DNA from: Anaerohalosphaeraceae bacterium
Lineage (GTDB): Bacteria; Planctomycetota; Phycisphaerae; Sedimentisphaerales; Anaerohalosphaeraceae
Assembly (NCBI GenBank): GCA_963675525.2
Contig: CAXXSL010000019.1
Coordinates: forward strand, 184,842-248,841
DNA: 64,000 bases
Direction: 5' to 3'
Both the position numbers and the translations under genes were made by a program. Below are positions 47,573 through 57,828 of the stretch, in pieces. Position 1 is the stretch's first letter. Each line of letters begins with the position of its first letter. The notes beneath the pieces are model-generated. The model saw nothing but the letters and a program-made list of their open reading frames with translations, had not been told where the DNA came from and ran no database searches.

Positions 47573-48748
47573 TTAAATAATTTCCGGTGGCATGTACAGG
47601 GGAACGATATAGTTTTCTTTAAGAGGCAGATCCACCCAACTGTTTGTCTGCATAGACTGATAAGCGCCTACCAGTACATCGGTAACCAACGCACTGATTT
47701 CCGGTGTGAGCGAAGGCTCTACATCATTTTCCACGCAGTTTACGAAATGCTCCAGCATGGCCTTGTAAGCCCAGCCGCGCTTGGGATATATCGGCACCCA
47801 GCGTTTGGGTACGTTGCCATCCGGCTGCATGATATCCTCGGACCAGAACAGCTGCGGATAGCGATATTCCCTGACAATCTCGGGCAGATCGCATTGTTTG
47901 AAGCTCTTGCTGGTAAATACGGCGAGCGGGGCGCTCTGGAACGGGTTGGTGGCTTCCGACCCGGTAAATATGGTGCCTTCGCTTCCGTATACTTCGGAAA
48001 TGTTTGAAACCGCGGGCGAGTAACGGTCGCCGCTGATGACGCCGGTGGCCCCGTTTTCAAACTCGATCATGATCCAGAACGAATCGTCCAGCTTTGTGTA
48101 TTCCTCAGGGGTAACCAGCCGTTTCACAATGCCGACTACACGCTTGGGCTTGCTGTTCATCAGATACACCAGCAAATCGGCTCTGTGCGCGCCCAGGTCG
48201 AACAGCGCGCCCGCCCCTGCTTCCGCGGGCATTTCGCGGAACCTCGTATAAGAAAGCTGCTCATGATATAGCCCCCAGCCCTCGTGCAGAGAGGATCTTC
48301 CCATCATCGGCTTCCCGATGTACCCATCGTCGATCAGTTGGCGCGCAATCACGTTCTGTTCCCAAAACCGCTGGTTCGTACCCGCCATCAAAAAGACGCC
48401 TTCCTTTTTGCATACATCCACCATCGTCCACGCTTCATCGTGGGTGCACGCGAAGGGTTTTTCCACGATGACATGCTTTTTTGCGCGCATCGCGTCGATC
48501 GCCTGCTGCGCGTGATACCGGTTCGGTGTCCCCACGATAACGACCTGCACTTCCTTATCGCCCAGCATGTCATGGTAGTCCGAATATGTTCTCTTTGGTT
48601 CCCACTTTTTGGCCATAGACTCGAGGATCTCCGGATTCGTATCACACAGTGCGATAAGCTCGGCGTTTGGTAAAGCCCGAATTGAAGGACAATGTCCGAT
48701 TTCGGCAATTGACCCGCTGCCAATAATGCCTACACCAATTTTTTTCAT
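47573..48748 (-). CDS. Gfo/Idh/MocA oxidoreductase
   Basis: GIIGSGSIA, VEKPF, GAGALFDLGAH. Confidence 0.9.
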   Translation of the reverse strand: MKKIGVGIIGSGSIAEIGHCPSIRALPNAELIALCDTNPEILESMAKKWEPKRTYSDYHDMLGDKEVQVVIVGTPNRYHAQQAIDAMRAKKHVIVEKPFACTHDEAWTMVDVCKKEGVFLMAGTNQRFWEQNVIARQLIDDGYIGKPMMGRSSLHEGWGLYHEQLSYTRFREMPAEAGAGALFDLGAHRADLLVYLMNSKPKRVVGIVKRLVTPEEYTKLDDSFWIMIEFENGATGVISGDRYSPAVSNISEVYGSEGTIFTGSEATNPFQSAPLAVFTSKSFKQCDLPEIVREYRYPQLFWSEDIMQPDGNVPKRWVPIYPKRGWAYKAMLEHFVNCVENDVEPSLTPEISALVTDVLVGAYQSMQTNSWVDLPLKENYIVPLYMPPEII

Positions 48749-48749
48749 A

Positions 48750-49673
48750 TCAATGATTCCTTTCTCTATTTTTTTCAATTCTTTCCGTTACTTGTTCCAA
48801 CGACGGCATCCTCTCCCAAACGCAGCCTCCCGTCTTTTCTATCACCATCGATGCCAGCGAGTTTCCGAAAACGACCGCGTCCCGAATGTCCTTCCCGCGG
48901 CTCAGGCTTGCCATCAGCCCTGCCCCGAATGAATCCCCCGCGCCTGTAAAATCGATGGGGTTATCGACCTTAAAGTTGCTGACATATACCCCCGGTTCGC
49001 CCGCATACCTGAAAAAGCTTCCATCTCCGCCCAGCGTCACCACGCAGAGCTTCGTGCCCTTTGAAAAGAAGTAATCGCATATGTCGTCCAGTTTCATCCC
49101 CGGCGCGATGTGCGTCAGGTCTTCCCGGCTGGCCTTGATCACCGTGCAGTACTTTGCAACCTCGGAAACGATCCTCTCGCCTTCGGGCTGGAATATCGTC
49201 AGGTGTTCGAAGGAAGTGGCGCCTCCGTAGCCTCCCATATCCACGACCACGTTCTTGCCTGCTTCATGCAGCATCCTGTTTACACCGATATCCACCTCAT
49301 AATCCATCGGGCATATGTAGAAGTGTTCGCAATCCATGTAATTCCTTGGTATGTCCCCTTCCATGATCACCGGCGCCTTGTGCATATATTCCACGCGTTT
49401 CGTGCCGTCCTCACGGTATATGAGATTATCCATTGTGCTGCGGTCTGTGAGTATCATCCCGCTGCGGTCCACTTTGAACAGCGCACCTTCGATGAGGCTC
49501 TTCAGGTCCGGGCCGTAGTATGATACCAGCCCTACGCCCGCGTCTACCGCGGACATCGCTATACTCGAATACGCTGCCGGGCTCCCGAGAACCGGCCCTA
49601 TGGTCTTATCCGGGAACATAATCATTTCATTGATTATGTTCCCGATCACCACTACATCCAATCGCTTACCCAT
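48750..49673 (-). CDS. PfkB/ribokinase family kinase
   Basis: LGSPAAY, VTLGGDGS, DFTGAGDSF. Confidence 0.9.
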   Translation of the reverse strand: MGKRLDVVVIGNIINEMIMFPDKTIGPVLGSPAAYSSIAMSAVDAGVGLVSYYGPDLKSLIEGALFKVDRSGMILTDRSTMDNLIYREDGTKRVEYMHKAPVIMEGDIPRNYMDCEHFYICPMDYEVDIGVNRMLHEAGKNVVVDMGGYGGATSFEHLTIFQPEGERIVSEVAKYCTVIKASREDLTHIAPGMKLDDICDYFFSKGTKLCVVTLGGDGSFFRYAGEPGVYVSNFKVDNPIDFTGAGDSFGAGLMASLSRGKDIRDAVVFGNSLASMVIEKTGGCVWERMPSLEQVTERIEKNRERNH

Positions 49674-49735
49674 GTTTCTTTACCTTCCGCTAAATCCTAC
49701 TGCCTATCAGAAACCGATATTTAAGATATGACCCC

Positions 49736-50809
49736 TTATTTGCCGTCAATAAAGTCTTCCAACAATCTTCTGCACTCGTCATCCGTATACTGAACCGGCG
49801 GATGCTTGAAGAAATAGGAGGACGGCGCTTCTATCGCCCCGGCGATGCCTCTGTCCATCGCCAGCTTGCAGCAGCGCACAGCATCGATACTGATGCCGCC
49901 GGAGTTCGGCGAGTCTTCCACCTCAAGGTGCAGCAGCATTCTTACCGGTGCGCCGCCGAATTTGTTTCCTTCTATCAGTATCCTCGCCGTCTTCTGGTCT
50001 CCCTGGTTGTCCACGAAAGCGAATCCCGGCGCGATCGGTGTGTCTTTTTTCAGTATGCTGGAAATCGCGTCATGCTTTGTGACGTGTTTCGTCTCGCCCC
50101 TCATGACGAGGTTGATAAAGTCCGTGTTGCCGGCATAATTCAACTGATACGATTTCTTGATGTTGATGCCCCGGTCCTCAAAAAGCTTCGCCAGCATACG
50201 GTGAACGATCGTTGCCCCGATCTGGCTCTTCCAGTCGTCGCCAAGAATCGGCACGCCCGCATCTTTGCACCCTTGAGCAACGTTCTTGTCGCTTGCGAGC
50301 AGTTCCGGGATGCCATTGACAATACCGCACTTTGCCGTCTTTGCCGCTTCCACATAATAACGGGCAGCGTCGTGCGAGCCTGTGGGAAGATTGATGAGGA
50401 TCACGTCCACTTTATAGTCCTTCAATGCCTTTGCTACATCGACAGGAGGATGGTTTTCGTCCACCGAAAAATAATCTTTGCCGTAGTAGTGGCGCAAGTG
50501 TTCCGGCGCACCGTCCAGCACCGGCCCTTTTAATACCGGAGCGTTCATAAAGGGAACATCCCCGATCTTGTATGCGCAGTTCGGCCATTCCCAAATCGCT
50601 TCGCTGACATCCTTGCCAATCTTTTTCGAATCGATATCGAACCCCAATACAACTTCGATGTCGGTGGGCTCGTATCCGCCCAGATTGTAATGCATCAGCC
50701 CCCCTTGCTCTTCAGCGATTGCGCTGTTGGTGTAAAAGTATATACCCTGCACCAGCGAAGACGCGCAATTGCCGACCCCAACTAAAGCCAACCTGATTTT
50801 TTTACCCAT
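49736..50809 (-). CDS. ino1: inositol-3-phosphate (myo-inositol-1-phosphate) synthase homologue
   Basis: VGVGNCASSLVQG, GDDWKSQIGATIVHR, YQLNYAGNTDF, EDSPNSGG, SYFFKHPP. Confidence 0.9.
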   Translation of the reverse strand: MGKKIRLALVGVGNCASSLVQGIYFYTNSAIAEEQGGLMHYNLGGYEPTDIEVVLGFDIDSKKIGKDVSEAIWEWPNCAYKIGDVPFMNAPVLKGPVLDGAPEHLRHYYGKDYFSVDENHPPVDVAKALKDYKVDVILINLPTGSHDAARYYVEAAKTAKCGIVNGIPELLASDKNVAQGCKDAGVPILGDDWKSQIGATIVHRMLAKLFEDRGINIKKSYQLNYAGNTDFINLVMRGETKHVTKHDAISSILKKDTPIAPGFAFVDNQGDQKTARILIEGNKFGGAPVRMLLHLEVEDSPNSGGISIDAVRCCKLAMDRGIAGAIEAPSSYFFKHPPVQYTDDECRRLLEDFIDGK

Positions 50810-50914
50810 TCCAGTTCTCCTTAAATTTATTTTTAATATTTTCTTAAATTGTTTTTAAGTAACTCTTCTGCACCAAGTTAAATATCCGTGGTGTGGGAGA
50901 ATGATATTTTATAA

Positions 50915-51952
50915 TTAGACAACCCTTTTCCTGTCCAGCAAAACGGCGAGTATGATGATAGCGCCTTTTACAATCTGCTGATAGAATGTCTGAACGCTCA
51001 GCATATCCATGCCCTGCTGTATAATTGTGAGTATCAAGGCGCCGACAACACCCGCCATGATTGTTCCGATACCGCCGTTAAAGCTGATACCGCCGATGAT
51101 GCAGCCCGCAATAGCGTCCAGCTCATACCCCTCTCCAAACCCAGGCTGAGCGGTTGTTAACCTGGAAATGCTCAACATACCTGCAAGCCCGACCAATACT
51201 CCCTCTAAAATATACGCCTTGATCTTTACCATATCCACATTGATACCTGCCGCCAGCGCCGCCTTTTCATTGCCGCCGATCGCGTATATATATCTTCCAA
51301 ACTTGCGTTTCTTCATGATGAAGGATATCAGAATGATAACGGCGATAAAGACAAATATAGTATAGTTGATGTTCAATGACTTATCTGTCGCGGACAATGC
51401 CACGCGCCCACCGCCAATAACCGTATAGGAGTCTAATAATTTCGCGACAGGCATTCCTTTCGACAATATATACGCAAGCCCTCTGCAGATTGTCATCGTG
51501 CCCAAAGTCACAATGAATGGCGGAACTTTACCTTTCGCGACAATGACACCATTGAACGCGCCGACGATAGCCCCGATGAGCAAGGCGCCCAATACGGCGA
51601 TAAATACCGGATCAATCCCAAAGCTTGATGCAAAGTTAAGCCATCCGGAATATATATTAATGTTACTGACCATCACGGCGGAGAACACACCCGCTAACGC
51701 CATTAACGACCCCACCGATAAGTCAATTTGCCCCATAATCAGCAAAATGCCCATCCCAATGGTCGTAATGCCGATTGCGGACGTCGTTTTAAGCACTAAG
51801 AAAAAGTTTTTCAAAGTAAAGAAATTTGGGACTGTAAACGCGAGTATGATAATCGCCAGTATGAAAACCGTGACTATTGCTTTTTTTTGTATATAGTGCA
51901 ATATGTTTTCAAAGGTGAATTTGCCTTTAATGTCCCTTTCGGTCTTGCCCAT
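50915..51952 (-). CDS. monosaccharide ABC transporter permease (RbsC type)
   Basis: IDLSVGS, PPFIVTLG, GRYIYAIGGNE, YELDAIA. Confidence 0.92.
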   Translation of the reverse strand: MGKTERDIKGKFTFENILHYIQKKAIVTVFILAIIILAFTVPNFFTLKNFFLVLKTTSAIGITTIGMGILLIMGQIDLSVGSLMALAGVFSAVMVSNINIYSGWLNFASSFGIDPVFIAVLGALLIGAIVGAFNGVIVAKGKVPPFIVTLGTMTICRGLAYILSKGMPVAKLLDSYTVIGGGRVALSATDKSLNINYTIFVFIAVIILISFIMKKRKFGRYIYAIGGNEKAALAAGINVDMVKIKAYILEGVLVGLAGMLSISRLTTAQPGFGEGYELDAIAGCIIGGISFNGGIGTIMAGVVGALILTIIQQGMDMLSVQTFYQQIVKGAIIILAVLLDRKRVV

Positions 51953-51986
51953 TGTTTTGTCCTCTACTTTCTTTTATTATCTGCAA

Positions 51987-53480
51987 TCAGTTTTGTCCCA
52001 TCGCGTAACCTAATATCTGCTCCTGCGTCGCTTCCGAACGCGCCAGCTCACCCGTCAGCCTGCCTTCATGCAGAACGATGACGCGATCACTGATCCCTAA
52101 GATTTCGGGTATTTCAGACGAAATCATGATAACGGCCTTGCCCTGTTGCGCCAGCTTAGACATCAGCAGATGGATATCCGCTTTTGTTTTAACGTCTATG
52201 CCTCTTGTAGGTTCGTCCAATATGATGATCTCTGGGTCCGAAAACAGCGCCCGTGAAACAACGACTTTTTGCTGGTTGCCGCCGCTTAAAGCGGACACCA
52301 TCTGGTTTTCGTCTTTCATTTTGATTTCCAGTATCTTGGAATATTTATCTGCGTTTTCTTTTTCTTTCTTTTTGCTTATATAGAAATGTTTCATGCATTT
52401 TGTGAGGTTCGTTATCAATATGTTTTCTTTCACAGAAAGCTTAAGCGCAAGGCCCGTTACGGATCTGTCTTCCGGGATCATTGAAATGCCGTTTGCAATG
52501 GCGTCCTTGGGCTGCTTAATATTCACTTTTTTGCCTTTTACGTATATTTCCCCTCGGTCAAGTTTTCTGATTCCGTATATGCTTTCAACAAGCTCCGTTC
52601 TTCCGGCGCCCATCAGCCCGGCAATACCCAATATCTCACCCTTCTTAACCTCAAAGCTGATGTCCGAGAACTCGCCACGCCGATACAGGTTTTTGACTTC
52701 AAATATTGTTTCACCAATCTCCGCGGCTTCTTTCGGATACATTTCCGTAAGCTCACGGTCAACCATCATCTTGATCAATTCTCTGACACTGATGTTTTTG
52801 GTGACGCCTGATCCGATAAGTATTCCATCGCGCAAGACGGTGACGCTTTCACATATCGCGTAGATTTCGTCCAATTTATGAGAAATAAATATGACGGTTT
52901 TCCCATTTACGGACAACTCTCTCACAATCCTGAATAAATTTTTAATCTCAGATATACTTAACGCCGAAGTGGGTTCATCCATAATAATAATATCTGAATC
53001 ATGCGATATCGCTTTCGCTATTTCTACTAGCTGCCTTTTTGCCACAGTGAGGCTGGCAACCTTCTCCTTCGGGTCGATATCGACGCCCATTTTTTTAAAT
53101 ATGACCCCGGCGTCCAGATACATCTTTTTATAGTTGATTGTCTTATATTTTGTTGCCGGCTGACGTCCTAAATAAATATTTTCCGCAATGGTCAACTGGT
53201 CAACAGAGTTGTATTCCTGGAATATCATCGATATTCCGCTATTTAAAGCGTCTTTCATCGTATGAAACGTCTTTTTTTCACCATTCAAATATATATCGCC
53301 TTCGTCGGGTCTGAGCATCCCAATGAGAATCTTCATTAATGTTGATTTTCCCGCGCCATTTTCCCCTACAAGTGCGTGTATTTCGCCTTTTTTGACCGTG
53401 AAAGAAACATTTGTTAAAGCCTGTACGCCCACAAATCTTTTTGAGATGTTCTTCATTTCTAAATATTTGTCATTATCCAT
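51987..53480 (-). CDS. monosaccharide ABC transporter ATPase (RbsA/MglA type; start approximate)
   Basis: GENGAGKST, tandem NBDs, LSGGNQQK, DEPTRGID. Confidence 0.92.
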   Translation of the reverse strand: MDNDKYLEMKNISKRFVGVQALTNVSFTVKKGEIHALVGENGAGKSTLMKILIGMLRPDEGDIYLNGEKKTFHTMKDALNSGISMIFQEYNSVDQLTIAENIYLGRQPATKYKTINYKKMYLDAGVIFKKMGVDIDPKEKVASLTVAKRQLVEIAKAISHDSDIIIMDEPTSALSISEIKNLFRIVRELSVNGKTVIFISHKLDEIYAICESVTVLRDGILIGSGVTKNISVRELIKMMVDRELTEMYPKEAAEIGETIFEVKNLYRRGEFSDISFEVKKGEILGIAGLMGAGRTELVESIYGIRKLDRGEIYVKGKKVNIKQPKDAIANGISMIPEDRSVTGLALKLSVKENILITNLTKCMKHFYISKKKEKENADKYSKILEIKMKDENQMVSALSGGNQQKVVVSRALFSDPEIIILDEPTRGIDVKTKADIHLLMSKLAQQGKAVIMISSEIPEILGISDRVIVLHEGRLTGELARSEATQEQILGYAMGQN

Positions 53481-53581
53481 CACATACCTGCTCCCATTTG
53501 GATTCTTTCCGTTTCGCACGACTTCTTTTTTCATCAAACTGCAGACAGGAGCAAAGCCCCTGTCCACAGTCTGATTTCTTC

Positions 53582-54670
53582 TTATTGACCAAATGTGTTG
53601 AAGTATTCGTTTACAAGCTCTACCCTGGCATTCTGAAGCGTCATGATGTCAGCAATGGTATCGGCTGTGGCTTCCGCATACGGGCTGAAATTGAACTCTT
53701 CGACTGTTTCACCGTTAGCAACCCTGATAGCAAGCTCGAGGATTTTATATCCATGCTCCTCGCCAGGATGGTACAGCGACATATCGGCGGTTCCGGCCTC
53801 AACAGCGGCGAGCGCGTCCACAGTACCGTCAATGCCGGACGTCAGGATCTGTCCCGTCACACCGTTTTCATCAAACGCCTGGATAACGCCCATCATTTTG
53901 GCATCCGACTGACAAACGATATAATCAAATTCTTTTCCTGCGGCCAGCCAGTTGTTCACCAATGCCAGCGCTTTATCGGAAGACCAGTCCGCCGAATCTC
54001 TGGCAACCACTTCGATATTCGGATACTTTGCCAATCCGTTCGCATAGCCCTCTGCACGGCCAATCTGAGCCGCATGGCCGATCGGCGCATCTATGATGCC
54101 AATCTTCGCGTTTTCACCGCAAGTCGTCACAACACGCTCAATCTGCTGCTCACCGGCCGCAACATGGTTCGATCCAACAAACGCCAGTCTGTACTGCTGA
54201 TAATCCGGGCCTAAGTCATCCGTGCAGATCAGGATCGGAACACCCGCATCCGCACAAGCGTCAAGCACCGGCTTACATGCTTCGGGATCAACGAAATTGA
54301 GTATCAGAACGTCAATTCCCTGCTGGATCAGCGTCTCAACCTGTGAGATCTGTGTCTGCTGATCGTCGTTCGCGAACACAACTTTGGCTGTGCATGCGCC
54401 CGGATGTTCGGCGTCGTATTTGCCCATTCCGCCGATAACATATTGCCAGAATGAACTCGTGTTGCCCTGAATGGCTATGCCGATAAATGGCACATCTGCC
54501 GCCGCCGAGGGTTCTGTTGATGCCGCCGCCGAGGGTTCTGTTGATGTCGCCGCTGAGGGTTCTGTTGATGCCGATTGGGACGGTGTTGAAGTTTGACACC
54601 CGCTGAAACAAAGCACCAACGCGAAAGTCAAAGCCAACACTACAACCAGAAATCTTGCTTTCTTTCTCAA
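53582..54670 (-). CDS. sugar ABC substrate-binding lipoprotein
   Basis: Lipobox FSGC, Ser/Thr/Pro linker, periplasmic-binding-protein type I pattern. Confidence 0.88.
   Translation of the reverse strand: MRKKARFLVVVLALTFALVLCFSGCQTSTPSQSASTEPSAATSTEPSAAASTEPSAAADVPFIGIAIQGNTSSFWQYVIGGMGKYDAEHPGACTAKVVFANDDQQTQISQVETLIQQGIDVLILNFVDPEACKPVLDACADAGVPILICTDDLGPDYQQYRLAFVGSNHVAAGEQQIERVVTTCGENAKIGIIDAPIGHAAQIGRAEGYANGLAKYPNIEVVARDSADWSSDKALALVNNWLAAGKEFDYIVCQSDAKMMGVIQAFDENGVTGQILTSGIDGTVDALAAVEAGTADMSLYHPGEEHGYKILELAIRVANGETVEEFNFSPYAEATADTIADIMTLQNARVELVNEYFNTFGQ
54498..54569. repeat. 3 x 24-bp tandem repeat encoding the STEPSAA(A/T) linker
   Basis: GCCGCCGCCGAGGGTTCTGTTGAT x2 plus one 2-mismatch copy. 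Confidence 0.95.
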
Positions 54671-54726
54671 TTTTTTTTCCTCCTTTTTTATTTTGTACGG
54701 TTAAGTACAAATATCAAAATGAAATA

Positions 54727-55233
54727 TTAAAGTTCAAGTTTAAACGGGTCTTTAAGCTTTTCGAAGTGTATGTCCGTATCAACACTCTCATCTTCGGAAT
54801 GCGATGTGTTTTTCTTAAATACGACCAAAGTCATACTGCTGTCTGACGATACCGTGCACGGAAGGGAATGCCATATGCCGGGCTTAAGGATGATTCCACC
54901 CCCTTGCGGGATGTAAAAACTGCTGATTGCAGATTCATCGGGAGAGTGCTTTGTGTCGCCCGCAAGCGCGACATTTACAACGATATCGCCTTTCAATACG
55001 ACCAGAATCTCCTCCGTATTATGATGGCATTCCATCTCTTCAACAGGCATTTTAAAACTTTTCTTAATTCTCAGAAACGAACAAACCTGCGTTCCTTCCG
55101 GATGAAACTCCGCAACACCATCCCAGTAATCATGGTTTTCGCTGGTGCTGGAAAGCCTGGTATCTTTCAGATCGAGCACCGACCCATACTTCATAAAATC
55201 GTTACTGTTTAATTCTTTTACTTTTTTAATCAT
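54727..55233 (-). CDS. ureidoglycolate lyase-like cupin
   Basis: FMKYG, MECHHNTEE, GIWHSLP. Confidence 0.7.
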   Translation of the reverse strand: MIKKVKELNSNDFMKYGSVLDLKDTRLSSTSENHDYWDGVAEFHPEGTQVCSFLRIKKSFKMPVEEMECHHNTEEILVVLKGDIVVNVALAGDTKHSPDESAISSFYIPQGGGIILKPGIWHSLPCTVSSDSSMTLVVFKKNTSHSEDESVDTDIHFEKLKDPFKLEL

Positions 55234-55262
55234 TTCGAATCCTTCTCGTTCATCACAGCAAT

Positions 55263-56771
55263 CTACGCTTTGGAAAGCTCCAGATAAAGTTCGTCCAACA
55301 GTTTATGAGTTTTTGTGTATTGTTTGTACAATTTCATATTGTCGTCTTTATCCTCATTCGGGACGACCCGCTCGATCGCGTAGTTATTCCAAAGCCCGCT
55401 GATCAAAGCATCCTGGTCAAGGCCGATGCCTATAGCGCCCATCAAAGCTGCGCCTGTGCAGGCATCCGCAGCCGGCGTTATGATCAGCTCCTTATCAAGC
55501 AGATTGGCAATCATCTGCGTCCACACCTTGCTCTTCCCGCCGCCGCCTGTAACCACACATTCTTTGATCTTTATGTTTCCGTATTTCTCCAGGTCGTCCA
55601 TCCCGTCTTTCAGCGCACACGCTGCGCCTTCCTGAGCGGCCCTTATAAAATGGCCTAATTCGTGGCCTGGAGAAACCCCGATAAAAGCGCCCTTCAAATG
55701 AGGCTTCCAATATGGCGCGCCGTTAATGAACGGATTGAATATAAGCCCTGTTGAACCGACCGGTATTTTCCGAGCTTCTTTTTCCAGCTCTTCGTATAAG
55801 TCATTCTCATCCGACTTGTCTAAAACGCCGCTTGCAAAAGTATCTCTAACCCATCTCATCACATGCGCAAAGGATTGTGTCGTGCCTTGTATAAGCCAAA
55901 TACCATCTTTATAGTATCCGCTGCATATCCCTTTCATATGGGGATCGAGTATGGGTTCATTCACAGGAACGGTCATCGCCGCGGCGGAGCCCAACCTCAT
56001 CATGCAGTCTCCCGGATTAAATGCTCTCGCCGCGAAGTTCTCCGCACCCAGGTCTCCCGAACCCGCCGCTACCGGCGTACCCTCCATCAGGCCGGTTTCT
56101 CTCGCCGCAGTTTTCGAGATTTTGCCGGTTATCTGGGTCGAATAATAGATATCCGGGAACCAGCTCGACTTGATATTCAATTCGCTTAAGATCTCTTCCG
56201 ACCACGTGTTCTTCCTGATATCATGCATCAAGGTGCTTGATGCGTCATTGCAGTCGGTCGCAAAATCATTGGTTAACCTGTAGCGGACATAGTCCTTACT
56301 CAGCAATATCTTGTTTATTTTTGCAAACGTCTCAGGCTCGTGCTTTTTTACCCACACTAGTTTTGTCAGCGTGTATTGTTGATTTACCGGATTGCATGTG
56401 ATCTGGCTTATCTTATCGCCCATCGCCGCTTTCAGCTCTTCGGTTTCAGGTATGTTCCTCCTGTCCATCCACATGATTACGGGGCGTATCGGCTCCAGGT
56501 GTTGATCAAGGCACAGCAAGCTAACCATCTGTCCGGTCAAACCGACGGATAATACCTCCTCTTTTTTTACGGACGTCTCTTTCATACAGATCTTTATCGC
56601 TTTAACGGCAGAACTGTACCATTTCGTCGCATCAAACTCGATCCATGTTCCTCCATGGCTGTAATCGAGAGAGTACTCAACTGATGATCTCCCCACTATC
56701 TTTCCATTGGAATCAATTAATGCGACTTTGCAACTGCTGGTGCCGGTGTCAATCCCCAAATGATAAGCCAT
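55263..56771 (-). CDS. FGGY family carbohydrate kinase (xylulokinase-like)
   Basis: LGIDTGTSSCK, TGQM, WMDRR, KDYVRY, GGGGKS. Confidence 0.9.
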   Translation of the reverse strand: MAYHLGIDTGTSSCKVALIDSNGKIVGRSSVEYSLDYSHGGTWIEFDATKWYSSAVKAIKICMKETSVKKEEVLSVGLTGQMVSLLCLDQHLEPIRPVIMWMDRRNIPETEELKAAMGDKISQITCNPVNQQYTLTKLVWVKKHEPETFAKINKILLSKDYVRYRLTNDFATDCNDASSTLMHDIRKNTWSEEILSELNIKSSWFPDIYYSTQITGKISKTAARETGLMEGTPVAAGSGDLGAENFAARAFNPGDCMMRLGSAAAMTVPVNEPILDPHMKGICSGYYKDGIWLIQGTTQSFAHVMRWVRDTFASGVLDKSDENDLYEELEKEARKIPVGSTGLIFNPFINGAPYWKPHLKGAFIGVSPGHELGHFIRAAQEGAACALKDGMDDLEKYGNIKIKECVVTGGGGKSKVWTQMIANLLDKELIITPAADACTGAALMGAIGIGLDQDALISGLWNNYAIERVVPNEDKDDNMKLYKQYTKTHKLLDELYLELSKA

Positions 56772-56799
56772 AAGCTTTCTCTCCTCTTTTTTGATTGCT

Positions 56800-57828
56800 T
56801 TACTCTGCCAAATCGAGGATAAAGTCTAACAATTTGATTACCTCAAAATCCGGTCCGTTTTCCTTAAAGTTTTCGAAACAATGGTTGCAGGCTACGATCA
56901 GCTTTTCGGCGTTAATATCCTTTACCTGTTTCATACGCCGTGCTGTTATCTTTTTCGAAATTTCGGGAGCACAAACCTTAAGCGTCGGCCCGCCGCAGCA
57001 CTTTGCGTTTTTCTTGTTCCACCTCAGCTCTTTCAGTTCGACTTTCGCGGCACTCAGAATGCCTCTGACCGTTGTTTCGTCTTCGGCGCCGCGCACGAGC
57101 TTGCAGGGGTCATGATAAGTAACGCTCTTGATCTTCGCATCCTTCAGCTTTAATTTGCCGCTGTCAATCAGCTGTTTGATATACGCTGTAACGGCGACTA
57201 CTTTTTTATTGTCCTTAAGCCGGTCCCAGAGATGCGGAGAATCGATTACGACGCTTTTTACATTTCCAGCGTTCGCCAGCTGGATTATTTTATCCATGTA
57301 TTTTTTACTTGTATTCCATACCCCCAGCTCGTACAGAAGCGCGCTGTCGTATTTGCCCTCCACGATGACGGTTGCATCGACTCCCGCCTTGCCGGCGATC
57401 TTCTTGAATGCATCGGCATTGCCCTGGTCGAACGTGATGAATACAACCGGCTTTTTGGTTAAGGCCGAAACGTCAGCATTTTCCCATATGCAACTTTCCT
57501 GTATCTTTTTTGCATATTCCTTTACTTCTTCGGGCATGAAACCCGCTTCGTTTATATCCGCTCTCCCGGCCGCTATGGCAGCGGGTATATTCGTGTCGTC
57601 AAAACCGCACTGCGTACAAAGGCCGCAAAGGCAGCATTCATAAATTCGGGTGACGTCCTGTTCGTCCAATTCCCTTACGCCGCTGTTGAGCAAAGACAGC
57701 AGCAGCATCCTGCCTCTTGGCAAATTGGTTTCAATCTTTGTTTCTACCCCAACAGTACAAATGAAATTAGCCATAGGGCAGTTGCGCCATTCTTCTAATG
57801 TTTTAATATGCTTGTCTGTATTTTTCAT
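56800..57828 (-). CDS. Fe-S/CCG-domain oxidoreductase subunit (GlpC/GlcF/HdrD-like)
   Basis: CCLCGLCTQC, YHDPC, CCGG, ACNHC. ATGA overlap with the upstream gene gives a start at 57828. Confidence 0.82.
   Translation of the reverse strand: MKNTDKHIKTLEEWRNCPMANFICTVGVETKIETNLPRGRMLLLSLLNSGVRELDEQDVTRIYECCLCGLCTQCGFDDTNIPAAIAAGRADINEAGFMPEEVKEYAKKIQESCIWENADVSALTKKPVVFITFDQGNADAFKKIAGKAGVDATVIVEGKYDSALLYELGVWNTSKKYMDKIIQLANAGNVKSVVIDSPHLWDRLKDNKKVVAVTAYIKQLIDSGKLKLKDAKIKSVTYHDPCKLVRGAEDETTVRGILSAAKVELKELRWNKKNAKCCGGPTLKVCAPEISKKITARRMKQVKDINAEKLIVACNHCFENFKENGPDFEVIKLLDFILDLAE

Noticed and set aside
54498..54569. CRISPR-like repeat
   Set aside because: Head-to-tail 24-mers without spacers, in frame within a lipoprotein linker, and no cas genes.
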